DNA of 64,000 bases from Gammaproteobacteria bacterium (GCA_965221695.1 OZ244905.1:2368001-2432000), one strand, 5' to 3'; counted from the first letter of the stretch, positions 10,580 to 20,840 are shown. Made by a program: numbers and translations. The notes: a model not told the origin generated them from the letters alone.

Positions 10580-11608
10580 ATGATGTCACACGACTTAACA
10601 GATTTCATTACCGGGATGCCCAAGGCGGAACTCCATGTCCACATTGAAGGCTGTTTGGATCCCGGGATGTTATTGCAATTTGCGGAACGCAATGGAGTGG
10701 ATCTTCCCTACCAGGATGAAGATGAAGTGTTGGCGGCACAGGATTATGGCGAACCTGCCCTGGATAATTTTTTGAAATACCATGAGAACTGTCTCCGTGT
10801 ATTAAGGACAGGACAGGATTTTTATGAACTTGCCTACGCTTTTTTTAAAAAATCTGCTGAAAACAATATTATCTACCTGGAAATCATGTTTGAAACGCAG
10901 GCACATACCAGTCGAGGCCTTGTATTTTCGGAATTCTACGGCGGCATTAACCAGGCAAGAGAAGAGGCAAGACGTGATTTTAATATCGAAGCAAACTGGA
11001 TCATGAGTTTTCAGAGGGACCACAGCGCTGCATCCTGCATGGAAATACTTGATATGGCCGCGCCGTTTAAGGATCAGATTATCGCTGTGGGGCTGGATAA
11101 TTATGAAGTGAATAATTTCCCCCTGAAGTTTGTAGAAGTATTCCGGCGGGCGCGTGAAGAAGGCTATCGCCTGACCGCACATTGTGACTGCAATCAGCAG
11201 AATTCCATCAATCATATTCGCCAGTGTCTGGAACTGTTACAAGTGGAACGCATCGATCATGGCCTGCATGTAATCGACAGCCTTGAATTAACGGCAATAG
11301 TTGGAGAGCGGAAGATACCACTCACCATGTGTCCGACCTGGCGGCCTTCGGACCCCGCTCCCCGGCGGATGGAGAGTATTCGAAAAATGCTTGAACTGGG
11401 ACTGCTCGTATCGGTCAACTCAGATGATCCAGAAGAATTCGCGAGCCGCTATCTGAACAATATTTTAGTTGAAATGCACAAACAAGGCAGTTATACAAAG
11501 GATGAAATTATCCGCCTGACGCGTAACGCTTTTTCATCAGCCTGGATTTCGGAGGATTCCAGAGCGCACTACATGGAAGAATTGGATCAATATGTTGCTG
11601 CGCATTAA
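10580..11608 (+). CDS. add: Adenine/adenosine deaminase family amidohydrolase
   Basis: PKAELHVHIEG, RIDHG and NSDDP metal motifs. Confidence 0.85.
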   Translation: MMSHDLTDFITGMPKAELHVHIEGCLDPGMLLQFAERNGVDLPYQDEDEVLAAQDYGEPALDNFLKYHENCLRVLRTGQDFYELAYAFFKKSAENNIIYLEIMFETQAHTSRGLVFSEFYGGINQAREEARRDFNIEANWIMSFQRDHSAASCMEILDMAAPFKDQIIAVGLDNYEVNNFPLKFVEVFRRAREEGYRLTAHCDCNQQNSINHIRQCLELLQVERIDHGLHVIDSLELTAIVGERKIPLTMCPTWRPSDPAPRRMESIRKMLELGLLVSVNSDDPEEFASRYLNNILVEMHKQGSYTKDEIIRLTRNAFSSAWISEDSRAHYMEELDQYVAAH

Positions 11609-11676
11609 GCCGGGCGCGCGTATCTGTAATCATAATAGATTCATGCAACAACTGGCTTGCCGGCGAGTAATACGGA

Positions 11677-12648
11677 CTACTCTGCCGATATCATTATCGC
11701 CGCGGTTGCAACAATGTCCTCTATACTTGCTCCGCGTGATAAGTCTGCAACAGGTTTAGCAAATCCTTGCAGTATAGGGCCGATGGCATCGGTCTGACCA
11801 AGGCGCTGGACGAGCTTGTAGGAAATGTTACCGGCATTCAGATCCGGGAATATCAACACATTAGCATGCCCGGCGACAGGACTTGCAGAGCCTGACTTGA
11901 TTTTCGAGATAGCAGGAACGAGCGCGCTATCTGCTTGTAGTTCTCCATCGATTGCGAACTCAGGAGCCCGCTCTTGAGCGAGCGACACTGCGCGCACGAC
12001 TTTATCGACATGCGGATGACGGGCGCTGCCTTTTGTAGAGTACGAGAGCAATGCCACGCGAGGCGCGTCATCAAGTAATTTCTCCGCATTTCTGGCCGAA
12101 GAAATAGCAATATCGGCGAGTTCTTCCGCTGTGGGATCAGCGTTGACCGCACAGTCCGCAAAAACAAGTGGTTTGCCATCCTTTGGGAGCATGATAAAAA
12201 AACTTGATGGCGTCTGAATCCCGTCGGCAAGACCGATGCATAACCGGGCCGCCTCAATAACCTTGCGTGTCGGGTTGTCAATACCTGCAAGGAGCGCATC
12301 AGCATCGCCTGCTCTTACCATCATCGCTCCATAGTAAAGCGGTTTGTGCATGGCCCGAAGCGCCATTCCCGGGTTCACTTTGCCGCGCTGGCTTGCGTAT
12401 AGGCGGGCATAGTTTTCCAGATGGCTGCTTGTTTCAGGCTCGACAATCGAGCAGGCTCTGATCGGTATGTTGTTATCCGCTGCCAATGCCTCGATACGCC
12501 TGGGCTTGCCGATAAGGCACACTTCAGCTATCCCTTCAATGGCAATTCTGCTCGCGGCCTCAAGCATCCGAATATTATCGCCCTCCGGAAACACAAGACG
12601 CGCCGACGTTGCCCGCGCGCTTTCTATGAAACGCTGAACAAATGTCAC
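11677..12648 (-). CDS. pta: Phosphate acetyltransferase (short form)
   Basis: [36 protein letters not shown]. Confidence 0.93.
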   Translation of the reverse strand: MTFVQRFIESARATSARLVFPEGDNIRMLEAASRIAIEGIAEVCLIGKPRRIEALAADNNIPIRACSIVEPETSSHLENYARLYASQRGKVNPGMALRAMHKPLYYGAMMVRAGDADALLAGIDNPTRKVIEAARLCIGLADGIQTPSSFFIMLPKDGKPLVFADCAVNADPTAEELADIAISSARNAEKLLDDAPRVALLSYSTKGSARHPHVDKVVRAVSLAQERAPEFAIDGELQADSALVPAISKIKSGSASPVAGHANVLIFPDLNAGNISYKLVQRLGQTDAIGPILQGFAKPVADLSRGASIEDIVATAAIMISAE

Positions 12649-12657
12649 GTTTTTCCG

Positions 12658-13794
12658 CTAACGGTCTTCCATAGATATGTAAGGACGCCGTTCCGGACCG
12701 TTATAACTTAACAGTGGCCTGATCAGAATATTGTTTTCCATTTGTTGCCGCACCTGTAATGTCCAGCCCGGGACACGCCCTGCCGCGAAGATAGGGACAA
12801 AGATATCCTGTGGTATGCCGTGCAAGTGATAAATCACACCGGAGTAAAAATCGACATTGACATTGACACCATGGCGCGCATAAGGCTGCATCGCTTCGAC
12901 CAGGGCCTGTAGTATCCGATTCCAGTGCGGTTCACCCTTCTCTCTCGACAGGCGTTCGACACCATCACGCAGGTGTTTGGCTCGTGGATCTTCCGCGCGG
13001 TAAACCCGATGACCAAAACCCATGATAGGTTCTCTGTTTTTTCTTCTGGTCTTGACGTACTCCTTTGCATTCTCAGGAGCGCCAATTTCACGCGCCATCT
13101 TTATAACGTTTTCAGCAGCTCCGCCATGCGCGGGTCCGGATAACGCCGCTATGGCTGCTGTTATTGCGGCATGCAGGTTGGCATCTGTTCCGGTGACAAC
13201 TCTCGCTGTGAACGATGACGCATTCGATCCATGTTCAGCATGCAGGATAAAGTCAAGATCCATCAGTCTTGCAGCATTTTCGCTGGGCGGTGCGCCATGT
13301 AACATATACAGAAAATTGGCTGCATGACTTAAATCCATGTCCGGCGAAATCAGGGGTTTGTCAATCCTGACTCTATGGATAGCAGCCACGATCATCGGCA
13401 GTTGCGAAGTGAGTCGAACACCTTTTCGCAGAATTGCTTCTCTCGAACAGTCTTCAACCTCCGGATCATAAGCGGCCAACGCAGATACTGCCGTGCGCAG
13501 TATGTCCATAGGATGAGCATCAGCCAGGGTTCTGATGATGTCATAGAGAGAATCCGGCAGTACCCGCTCCGTCTTGAGTTGTTCATCGAATGCGCTGTAT
13601 TCTGCGTTGTTCGGCAACTCACCATGCAACAGCAGGTAGGTGGTTTCTTCAAAACTGGAATGCGTGGCCAGATCATCAATCGAATAGCCGTAATAGCGGA
13701 GTTCACCAGCCTGGCCGTCAATGAATGTTGCCGGTGATCGGTCGAAATAAACTCCTTTCAAACCGCGATGAATTCTGACGCCATCATCAGCCAT
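12658..13794 (-). CDS. Citrate synthase / 2-methylcitrate synthase family
   Basis: HAEHGSNASSF, GPAHGGA, MGFGHRVY, NVDFY. Likely start is ATG 13794; the longer ORF overlaps mauD. Confidence 0.92.
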   Translation of the reverse strand: MADDGVRIHRGLKGVYFDRSPATFIDGQAGELRYYGYSIDDLATHSSFEETTYLLLHGELPNNAEYSAFDEQLKTERVLPDSLYDIIRTLADAHPMDILRTAVSALAAYDPEVEDCSREAILRKGVRLTSQLPMIVAAIHRVRIDKPLISPDMDLSHAANFLYMLHGAPPSENAARLMDLDFILHAEHGSNASSFTARVVTGTDANLHAAITAAIAALSGPAHGGAAENVIKMAREIGAPENAKEYVKTRRKNREPIMGFGHRVYRAEDPRAKHLRDGVERLSREKGEPHWNRILQALVEAMQPYARHGVNVNVDFYSGVIYHLHGIPQDIFVPIFAAGRVPGWTLQVRQQMENNILIRPLLSYNGPERRPYISMEDR

Positions 13795-13814
13795 AAGTTT
13801 TACCTTGCCCCGTG

Positions 13815-14426
13815 TTAGTCTGCCTCTGCGGAGTGATACTTCTTCACATATTCCTGGATGGATGCCACGCCCTGTTCCTTTGCCTCGAACAGGCTTTCGA
13901 GGTGTTCCCTGGAATTGATGATGCCCATGGTGACAACCTTGCCCTGCTCGTCGATCAAGACCGAGTACGGCAGTTTGCCTACCCCGTAACTGCGGCCCAG
14001 GATTTCCGACAATATGTAATCGAAGCGTGACAGCTTCTGCTGTTCGATGAACTTGCGGTGTTGTTCTACCGGGCCGTCGCTGGCCAGCACGATATCCAGC
14101 CAGGCGCGTTCCTCCTTGTGTGCCGAGAACAGCGCCGGTAGCAGCGTCTTGCACACCGGACAATCGGGAGCGAGAAAGAACAGCAACAGGCTGCGCGCCG
14201 GCTCGCGGACTCCGCCGACACGGATTTTTTTATTCTCAATGGTCAACAAATCCATTTCCGGGGCGGCATCTCCGGGGCGCAGGGTCTGGTTCACCATCAG
14301 CGCGCCGGCCGGGGCCACCCGCTCGTAGAGCACGCCGATCTGCCTCACCAGGGCAAATACCATTAAGCCAAGTATTACCACGATGATCCAGAGCAGGAGG
14401 TTGGAGACGATCAGGGCTTCAAGCAT
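13815..14426 (-). CDS. mauD: Methylamine dehydrogenase accessory protein MauD (membrane-anchored thioredoxin fold)
   Basis: RQIGVLYERVAPAGAL, CPVCK, NSREHLESLFEA...SIQEY. Confidence 0.92.
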   Translation of the reverse strand: MLEALIVSNLLLWIIVVILGLMVFALVRQIGVLYERVAPAGALMVNQTLRPGDAAPEMDLLTIENKKIRVGGVREPARSLLLFFLAPDCPVCKTLLPALFSAHKEERAWLDIVLASDGPVEQHRKFIEQQKLSRFDYILSEILGRSYGVGKLPYSVLIDEQGKVVTMGIINSREHLESLFEAKEQGVASIQEYVKKYHSAEAD

Positions 14427-14970
14427 GGAATTCCTCGCGGACCAACGATTTCAGCAGGTCTTTGTTCACCAGCAACTGGTTGATGATATTGTAGAGCAGG
14501 CAACCCATGACGGCCGCCAGGATGATCGTCAGCCAGTCGAACCAGAGCAGCACGCGCGGCAGCGTCTGACTGCCGGCAACACCAGCGAGCAACAGCAGCA
14601 AAGCGTTGCGCGCGATCATCCACTCGCTGATGGTTTGTTTCTGGGCCGGGCCGCCGCATCCACAATCGATACTGCGGCGTCCGCGCAGCAGGTTGATGGC
14701 TATCGCGATCATGTAGACACACAGCAGCGCGCCGGCCGAGAACGCCGCGAGGCGCGCCACCGCGGGTATCAGCAGCGCTGCCCCGGTCATGATTTCAACC
14801 ACGGGAATCAAGTAGACGCCTTGGCGGGCCAAACCCTCCGGCAGGATTTTATAATTCATCAAGGTCGTCGCAAACTCTGCCGGCGCCTTGCACTTGTGCA
14901 GTCCGGCCAGCACGAATACGTAGCTCAGGACCAGCGCGGCAATGAGATTGAGGACGGGGTCGAAGATCAT
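14419..14970 (-). CDS. mauE: Methylamine utilisation membrane protein MauE (MauE/DoxX family)
   Basis: Multiple TM helices, NLLRGRRSIDCGCGG and ARNALL motifs; overlaps mauD by 8 bp. Confidence 0.9.
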   Translation of the reverse strand: MIFDPVLNLIAALVLSYVFVLAGLHKCKAPAEFATTLMNYKILPEGLARQGVYLIPVVEIMTGAALLIPAVARLAAFSAGALLCVYMIAIAINLLRGRRSIDCGCGGPAQKQTISEWMIARNALLLLLAGVAGSQTLPRVLLWFDWLTIILAAVMGCLLYNIINQLLVNKDLLKSLVREEFHA

Positions 14971-14991
14971 GATGCCAGGTAACCTTTGGGA

Positions 14992-16359
14992 TTAAGTCAG
15001 AGTTTCCAACGCTACAGGGCGGTCGCTAAAGTAGTTTGCCGCGGTCTTCTGCCTTACCTCATCTTCCGTGACCCCTGGCAGCAACTTAACCAGGCGCATC
15101 CCCGTGTCACCGAAATGAAATACCGCCAGGTCCGTGATCAGGATATCGACGGCCTTGCGTGCGGTCAATGGCAGGTCACAACGGGACGCTACTTTAGAGT
15201 TGCCGTTCCTGTCGCAATGGGTCATGGTCACGATCAGCTTGCCGGCGCCGGACGCCAGGTCCATCGCGCCACCGACCCCGAGCAGCGGTTTGCCGGGCAC
15301 GGCCCAGTTGGCCAGGTTGCCCTGTTCGTCCACCTGCAGGCCGCCCATGATGGCCACATCCACGTGACCGCCCCGGATCATGCCGAAAGAGGCGGCGCTG
15401 TCGAAATAGCTGGAGCCGGGCAGCGCGGTAACCGGAACCTTGCCGGCATTGATCGGATACTCCATCGCGCCGCCGGATTCGGGTTCCGGCCCTACGCCCA
15501 GCATACCGTTTTCGGAGTGCAGGATGATGCCGTCTTCCGGCTTGATCAAGTCCGCCACCAGGGTGGGAATACCGACTCCCAGGTTCACGATATCGCCCCG
15601 CTGCAACTCGGCCAGCGCCAGCCTGGCCATCGTCATACGGGCTTCATCCACCTTTTTCCGGCTTGCCGCCACTGATGCCGAGGTGCCCAGGTGCTCAGGG
15701 TTGAGGCTGGCCTGTACCAGGTAGTCGACGAAACAACCGGGAGTATGAATATGATCCGGGTCCAATTCGCCGGCAGGGACAATCTCCTCCACTTCAGCGA
15801 TGACCAGATCGGCGGCCGTCGCCGCGGCCGGGTTGAAATTGTTTTCCGTCATGCGGTATTGCAGGTTGCCGATGGTATCGGCGCGCCAGGCCCTGATGAC
15901 GGCAACATCGGCGCGCAGCGCGGGAACGAATACCATCTCTGTTCCGTTGATGACCCTGGTTTCACAGCCTTCCGCCAGCGGCGTTCCGGCCGCAGTGGGT
16001 GTGAAGAATCCCCCCAGACCGGCTCCACCGGCGCGGATGGCTTCCGCCAGCGTGCCCTGGGGCAGAAGTTCAAATTCGACTTTCCCGGACTGCGCCGCCA
16101 CCACGGCTTCGAGGTTGCTGGTGAAGAATGACCCGACAACTTTTTTCAACTGGCCCTTACGCAGGCAGAGCCCGCCGGCTAGGCCGGGTTCGCCCACATT
16201 GTTGCCGATATAGGTAAGCCCGGTTACATCGGTTTCGGCAAGCGCATGCATGACGTTGGTCGGGTTGCCCGTCATACCGAAACCGCCAACGATCAACACA
16301 TCGCCGGAGCGCACCTTGGCGGCAGCCTGCTCTAAGGTTATCTGCGGTACGGTTCTCAT
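14992..16359 (-). CDS. 3-oxoacid CoA-transferase, fused alpha+beta subunits
   Basis: Alpha motifs VGGFG and PQGTLAE; beta motifs NLGVGIPT, catalytic SENG and GVGGAMDL. Confidence 0.92.
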   Translation of the reverse strand: MRTVPQITLEQAAAKVRSGDVLIVGGFGMTGNPTNVMHALAETDVTGLTYIGNNVGEPGLAGGLCLRKGQLKKVVGSFFTSNLEAVVAAQSGKVEFELLPQGTLAEAIRAGGAGLGGFFTPTAAGTPLAEGCETRVINGTEMVFVPALRADVAVIRAWRADTIGNLQYRMTENNFNPAAATAADLVIAEVEEIVPAGELDPDHIHTPGCFVDYLVQASLNPEHLGTSASVAASRKKVDEARMTMARLALAELQRGDIVNLGVGIPTLVADLIKPEDGIILHSENGMLGVGPEPESGGAMEYPINAGKVPVTALPGSSYFDSAASFGMIRGGHVDVAIMGGLQVDEQGNLANWAVPGKPLLGVGGAMDLASGAGKLIVTMTHCDRNGNSKVASRCDLPLTARKAVDILITDLAVFHFGDTGMRLVKLLPGVTEDEVRQKTAANYFSDRPVALETLT

Positions 16360-16428
16360 CGCGCATATATTATAGGAAGCGCTGAACAAGTCCATTCGTG
16401 TATCAGGTACAAGACGGGAGCCGTTACA

Positions 16429-17043
16429 TCAACGGGTAGGGGACAGGGAACACTGGCCGCGATCGGGGTTTGGTTCCACTGCGGGCAGGTCGAGGATGTG
16501 TTTCAGTTCATCGGCGCCGCCGACATAATCGCCGCCCAGCCAGATCTGCGGTACCGTGACCGGGGTTTTCGGGCCGATGATTGGTTTTACCCGGGCCAGC
16601 ATTTCGTACAGCGCTCGGGGGTCCTTGACAACATCATGGTAACGGTAGTCAACGTTGGCTTGCTCCAGGTAGGTTTTGGCGCGCACGCAATGCGGACAGG
16701 TGGCCTTACCGTAGATATGATTGCCTTCCACGGGAATTTTGCTGACGGCTTCCTCAATCACGGATTGGGTCAGTACACCGCGGTTCAGCGCCGCGCCCTG
16801 GGAGATCAGTTTGCCGTTGACCAGTACTATGGGGGCATGCCAGCCCCCCTTCAGCAGGGGTTTCCACCATTCCGTAAGCCAGTCGCGCAGGTCAAGGTCG
16901 ACCTGTAAGCCGTCCAGGTCGATATCGATACAATCCTGGATAATGTCCTTGGTCAGGGCACACTCTCCGCAGGGTATTTTTACCTTGAAAGGCCCCCAGG
17001 CGCCGGCCCAGCGGAATACGGTGATGTTTACGGGGTTTTTCAC
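16429..17043 (-). CDS. Two-domain thioredoxin-fold/glutaredoxin protein
   Basis: N-terminal CGEC...HAPIV domain; C-terminal glutaredoxin CPHC...TVPQIW...YVGG. Confidence 0.8.
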   Translation of the reverse strand: MKNPVNITVFRWAGAWGPFKVKIPCGECALTKDIIQDCIDIDLDGLQVDLDLRDWLTEWWKPLLKGGWHAPIVLVNGKLISQGAALNRGVLTQSVIEEAVSKIPVEGNHIYGKATCPHCVRAKTYLEQANVDYRYHDVVKDPRALYEMLARVKPIIGPKTPVTVPQIWLGGDYVGGADELKHILDLPAVEPNPDRGQCSLSPTR

Positions 17044-17110
17044 GGTTAAGTCTTCTCAGAGGTTCCAACGGTACAGGGATGTGCAAGTCCTGGATGAACT
17101 TGTTCAGAGC

Positions 17111-18172
17111 TTACACTGGCATTGGTGGATGGCCGTGCCAGGCGTTCTCCAATAGCGCCCGTACCCGCGCGCGGGTGACCGGTTCGGGGTTGTTAATCGG
17201 TTTCTCCACGGTTACCGCGGCGGCTTCATCCAGGTCTGTCTGTTTTATCCCTATGTCTTTCAACGCGATCGGCGCGCCGAGTTTCCGCGCCAGCTCAAAC
17301 AGGCCGGTTGCGGCGTCATTGACGCCCAGGGCTTCCGCAATGCGTTGTGTTGCTTCCGGCCTGGCGTCGCTGTTGTAGGCCACACTATGCGGCAGCAGGA
17401 TCGTGTGGGTCTCGGCATGGGGGGTGTTGAACGTGCCGCCGAAGGTGTGGCACAGGCGATGGTGCAAGCCGGTCGTGCCGGTACCCAGCGCAGCGCCGGC
17501 CTGGCTGGCGCCGTACAGGGCTTCGGCGCGTGCGACCACGCTGCCGGGATCCGAAATAATAAGAGGCAAACTGTGCGCCAGGGCGCGTATGCCTTCCAGG
17601 GCCAGCGCCGCGCTGATGGGGTTGGCGTCCTGCGCGGCCGCATTGGCAACCGCCTGGGCCATCGCGTTCATGCCGCTGGCCGCGGCGAATGCGGGCGGCA
17701 TGGTCAGCGTCAACTCCGGGTCATAAATCGTCAATGTAGGCACGACGATATTGTCGCGCCGGGTCACTTTGCGCTCGTTTCGGGTCACCGCCCAGAGGTT
17801 GGTCATCTCCGAACCGGCGTAACTGGTGGGCAGCACGATGTTGGGCAACTCCAGGTGGAACGCGAGAGCCTTGCCGAGACCGGTGGTGGAACCACCGCCA
17901 ATGGAAACGGAGCAGTCTGCGCCCAGACGCGTTACCTCCTCCATAGCCTGATCTAGCGTTTCGCCGGGCACATGCATCATGGCTTGATCGAACAGGCCAG
18001 CCGCCTTGTCTCCGAGTTGTTCGACGATCTCCCGTCCGGTGTCCGCCTGGTGCGGTGTTGTCAGAACCAGGGCGCGGGAATAGCCGAGTTTCGCCAGCTC
18101 TTCCGGCAGGCGCTTACGGGCGCCGGCTGCAAAGATGATGTTCCAGGGCAGCGCGGCAAACTGAAAGTTCAT
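17111..18172 (-). CDS. Maleylacetate reductase (Fe-ADH family; PcpE/LinF/HapF-like)
   Basis: GGGSTTGLGKA, PTSYAGSEMT, GLHHRLCHTFGG, PHAETH. Confidence 0.93.
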   Translation of the reverse strand: MNFQFAALPWNIIFAAGARKRLPEELAKLGYSRALVLTTPHQADTGREIVEQLGDKAAGLFDQAMMHVPGETLDQAMEEVTRLGADCSVSIGGGSTTGLGKALAFHLELPNIVLPTSYAGSEMTNLWAVTRNERKVTRRDNIVVPTLTIYDPELTLTMPPAFAAASGMNAMAQAVANAAAQDANPISAALALEGIRALAHSLPLIISDPGSVVARAEALYGASQAGAALGTGTTGLHHRLCHTFGGTFNTPHAETHTILLPHSVAYNSDARPEATQRIAEALGVNDAATGLFELARKLGAPIALKDIGIKQTDLDEAAAVTVEKPINNPEPVTRARVRALLENAWHGHPPMPV

Positions 18173-18175
18173 TCG

Positions 18176-19144
18176 TCAGTCAGACCTGATTTCACCGATC
18201 ACTTTGAGCACTTCATCTTTGTTGGCTTCAATTTGCGGCGACATCATCAGTTTTGTCCCCAGGGTTTCATAAGGTTCGTCGCAGGTAAACGCAGGTTTGT
18301 GCGAACAGCACGCTTCAAACAACGCGCCTGAGGGCGTGCGGATATAAATGGAATCGAAATAACCGCGGTCTTTCACATCCGAGAAATCCGTGTAACCCAG
18401 GCCCTCGGTAAAGAACTTGATCGCGTCCTGCTCGGCGCGGCTGGGCACATTGTAGGCCATGTGGTGGATCGCGCCTTCTCCGACGGTCCAGGAACCCGGT
18501 TTGCGGTCCGGTTCGATTTCAAAATCGGTATAGGCGCCGCTGCCGCCTTCGCCCATACTGTAACGCACCAGGTTGCTGTCATCCGCCTCCTTGCGCGATC
18601 CCCAGGCCACTTCCAGGAACTCTGCCATGAACTCCATGTCGCGGGTGGACACGCCGGCCGCATGGGTGCCGCGGATCATGTGTTCGGCAGGAACCGGCCC
18701 GTCGGAATAGGGCGTTCGGTCATCCTCTTCGACGCCTACCATGGACATGCGGATGTTGTGGGGGGATCGGAAATCGAGGTGTTTTTCACCGAAGCGTTCG
18801 GTCTCCGTCACGTCAAAACCATGTTCCTTCAGGCGTTTGTGCCAGTATGGCAGCGAATCCGGCGCTACGGACAAGCTCACATAACTCACCTGGCCGCTGC
18901 CTTCCTTGGCCTTGACGCCAATGTGCGCGACCGGGAACGTGGTGAGCAACGTGCTTTCTTCACCCGTGTCATTGCCGTAGTACAGGTGGTAAACCGGTGT
19001 TGCGCCATCATAGAACAACGTGCGTTTGACGCATTTCAGGCCCAGTGTCTTGGTGTGAAAATCGAAGTCTTCCTGCACGTTGCCGACGCCGATAGTGATA
19101 TGGTGATGGCCGGTCAGACTCGTGCCTGGCAGTTTATCGGACAT
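18176..19144 (-). CDS. (Chloro)hydroquinone ring-cleaving dioxygenase, PcpA/LinE-type VOC family
   Basis: HHITI, VKRTLFYDG..PVYHLY, GSWTVGEGAIHH, EGLGYTDFSD.K.RGYF.SIY.RTP.G.LFE match blocks recalled from Sphingobium PcpA/LinE. Confidence 0.88.
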   Translation of the reverse strand: MSDKLPGTSLTGHHHITIGVGNVQEDFDFHTKTLGLKCVKRTLFYDGATPVYHLYYGNDTGEESTLLTTFPVAHIGVKAKEGSGQVSYVSLSVAPDSLPYWHKRLKEHGFDVTETERFGEKHLDFRSPHNIRMSMVGVEEDDRTPYSDGPVPAEHMIRGTHAAGVSTRDMEFMAEFLEVAWGSRKEADDSNLVRYSMGEGGSGAYTDFEIEPDRKPGSWTVGEGAIHHMAYNVPSRAEQDAIKFFTEGLGYTDFSDVKDRGYFDSIYIRTPSGALFEACCSHKPAFTCDEPYETLGTKLMMSPQIEANKDEVLKVIGEIRSD

Positions 19145-19281
19145 GATGGTTATCCTCCGGGAAAGCTGTGATTGCCGTATTGTAGCTGACGCTGTTTTTA
19201 ATATAGCACCCCCGCAATAATAAAACACGCGCGATGCTATACTATCGCGTGTTCAACACAGATACATTACGGTAAAGCAGA

Positions 19282-20268
19282 ATGGGATTGTTGATAGACG
19301 GCAAGTGGCACGACCAGTGGTATGACACCGAAGCCAACCAGGGGCGTTTCATCCGTTCCGAATCCCGGTTTCGCAACTGGGTAACACAGGATGGCTCTGC
19401 CGGCCCTTCCGGCACGGGAGGTTTCAAGGCAGAGTCCGGCCGTTACCACCTGTATGTCTCCCATGCGTGCCCCTGGGCCAACCGCACCATGATCTTTCGC
19501 AGTATCAAGGGTTTGAAGGACATGGTTTCCGTTTCCGTCGTGCACTGGCACCTGGGCGACCACGGCTGGACGTTTGAACCGGGCGAGGGTGTTATTCCTG
19601 ACCCCGTTCATAATGCAACATATCATTACCAGGTATATACGGCAGCCGATCCCGAGTATAGCGGCCGGGTGACCGTGCCGGTGTTATGGGACCTGCAAGG
19701 CAACACCATCGTCTCCAATGAATCATCGGAGATCATCCGCATGTTCAACAGCGCATTCGACAAGGTCGGCGCCGCGCCGGGTGATTATTACCCGGAACCC
19801 CTCCGGGATGAGATAGACGGGATCAACAGCCGGGTTTACAACACCTTGAATAACGGCGTGTACCGGGCCGGGTTCGCCACCACCCAGGAGGCCTATGAGG
19901 AGGCGGTACACCCGTTGTTCGATACCCTGGACTGGTTGGAAGACCGGCTTCAGAGCCGCCGTTACCTGACCGGCAATCAAATCACCGAGGCGGACTGGCG
20001 GCTGTTCACGACCCTGATACGTTTCGACCCGGTGTACGTGAGTCATTTCAAGTGCAATATCCGGCGGCTGGTGGATTATCCGAATTTATGGGGGTATACG
20101 CGCGATCTGTATCAGCAACCGGGCGTTGCGGAGACGATCAACATGAAACACATCAAGCATTCCTATTACGGCAGTCAAACCATGGTGAACCCGACCGGCA
20201 TTGTTCCTGTCGGTCCTGATTTTCACCCGGAAGCGCCGCATGATCGGCATTTATTGGCTGCAACATAA
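19282..20268 (+). CDS. yqjG: Glutathionyl-hydroquinone reductase (GST Xi class, PcpF/YqjG)
   Basis: GRYHLYVSHACPWA, RVTVPVLWD, NNGVY, RFDPVY. Confidence 0.93.
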   Translation: MGLLIDGKWHDQWYDTEANQGRFIRSESRFRNWVTQDGSAGPSGTGGFKAESGRYHLYVSHACPWANRTMIFRSIKGLKDMVSVSVVHWHLGDHGWTFEPGEGVIPDPVHNATYHYQVYTAADPEYSGRVTVPVLWDLQGNTIVSNESSEIIRMFNSAFDKVGAAPGDYYPEPLRDEIDGINSRVYNTLNNGVYRAGFATTQEAYEEAVHPLFDTLDWLEDRLQSRRYLTGNQITEADWRLFTTLIRFDPVYVSHFKCNIRRLVDYPNLWGYTRDLYQQPGVAETINMKHIKHSYYGSQTMVNPTGIVPVGPDFHPEAPHDRHLLAAT

Positions 20269-20321
20269 AGCGCCTGTGATAGGATATGAAATGAGTGGTA
20301 CGGGAACCAGGAGACAACATC

Positions 20322-20822
20322 ATGTCTGTGACAACCTTGTTCGGCAGTATTGACAGCTATGAAAAGGGAGGCGTGGAGATCACCGGCAATGAAGATGCCC
20401 GTGATTACCTGTTTTCCAATATGTTCGAGGTGGCCGGCAGTGCCCGGCCTTGGGAACGGGTTGTCGTTGCGAAAAACCTGGAGAATACCATAGAGTGCAT
20501 TCGCGCCGAGGGCGACAGTCCCTGGTATATTTGCAGCCATGATGAGACCGCTTTGCTGATGCAGGGCAGTATGCAGGTGCGGTTCATACAGCCTTCCGAC
20601 CCGGCGCTGGTTCCGCCCGGGGAAAAAGAGGGATCAGTCCAGCTTGCCGGGCAGCCGGAAGGCCGGGTGATGGGCCATGTCAATGCCGGCCGGGGCCACC
20701 TGACGCTGCTGCCGGCAGGCGCCGCCTACCAGTTTTGCGCCGGGGAATTGAGCGTGATATTACTGCAAACCATCCAGGGCGATGAGTCCATTGAGAAGTG
20801 GGCTGACATCTGCCAGCGCTGA
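20322..20822 (+). CDS. hapC: Hydroquinone 1,2-dioxygenase small subunit (HapC/PnpC-like)
   Basis: FGSIDSYEKG, YLFSNMFEVA, VAKNLE, CSHDE, LLPAGAAYQF, EKWADIC. Confidence 0.85.
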   Translation: MSVTTLFGSIDSYEKGGVEITGNEDARDYLFSNMFEVAGSARPWERVVVAKNLENTIECIRAEGDSPWYICSHDETALLMQGSMQVRFIQPSDPALVPPGEKEGSVQLAGQPEGRVMGHVNAGRGHLTLLPAGAAYQFCAGELSVILLQTIQGDESIEKWADICQR

Positions 20823-20840
20823 TACGGGGGAGAGACGATT

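Noticed and set aside
13795-14163. 123-aa N-terminal extension of citrate synthase
   Set aside because: Alternative frame inside mauD; homology starts at ATG 13794.
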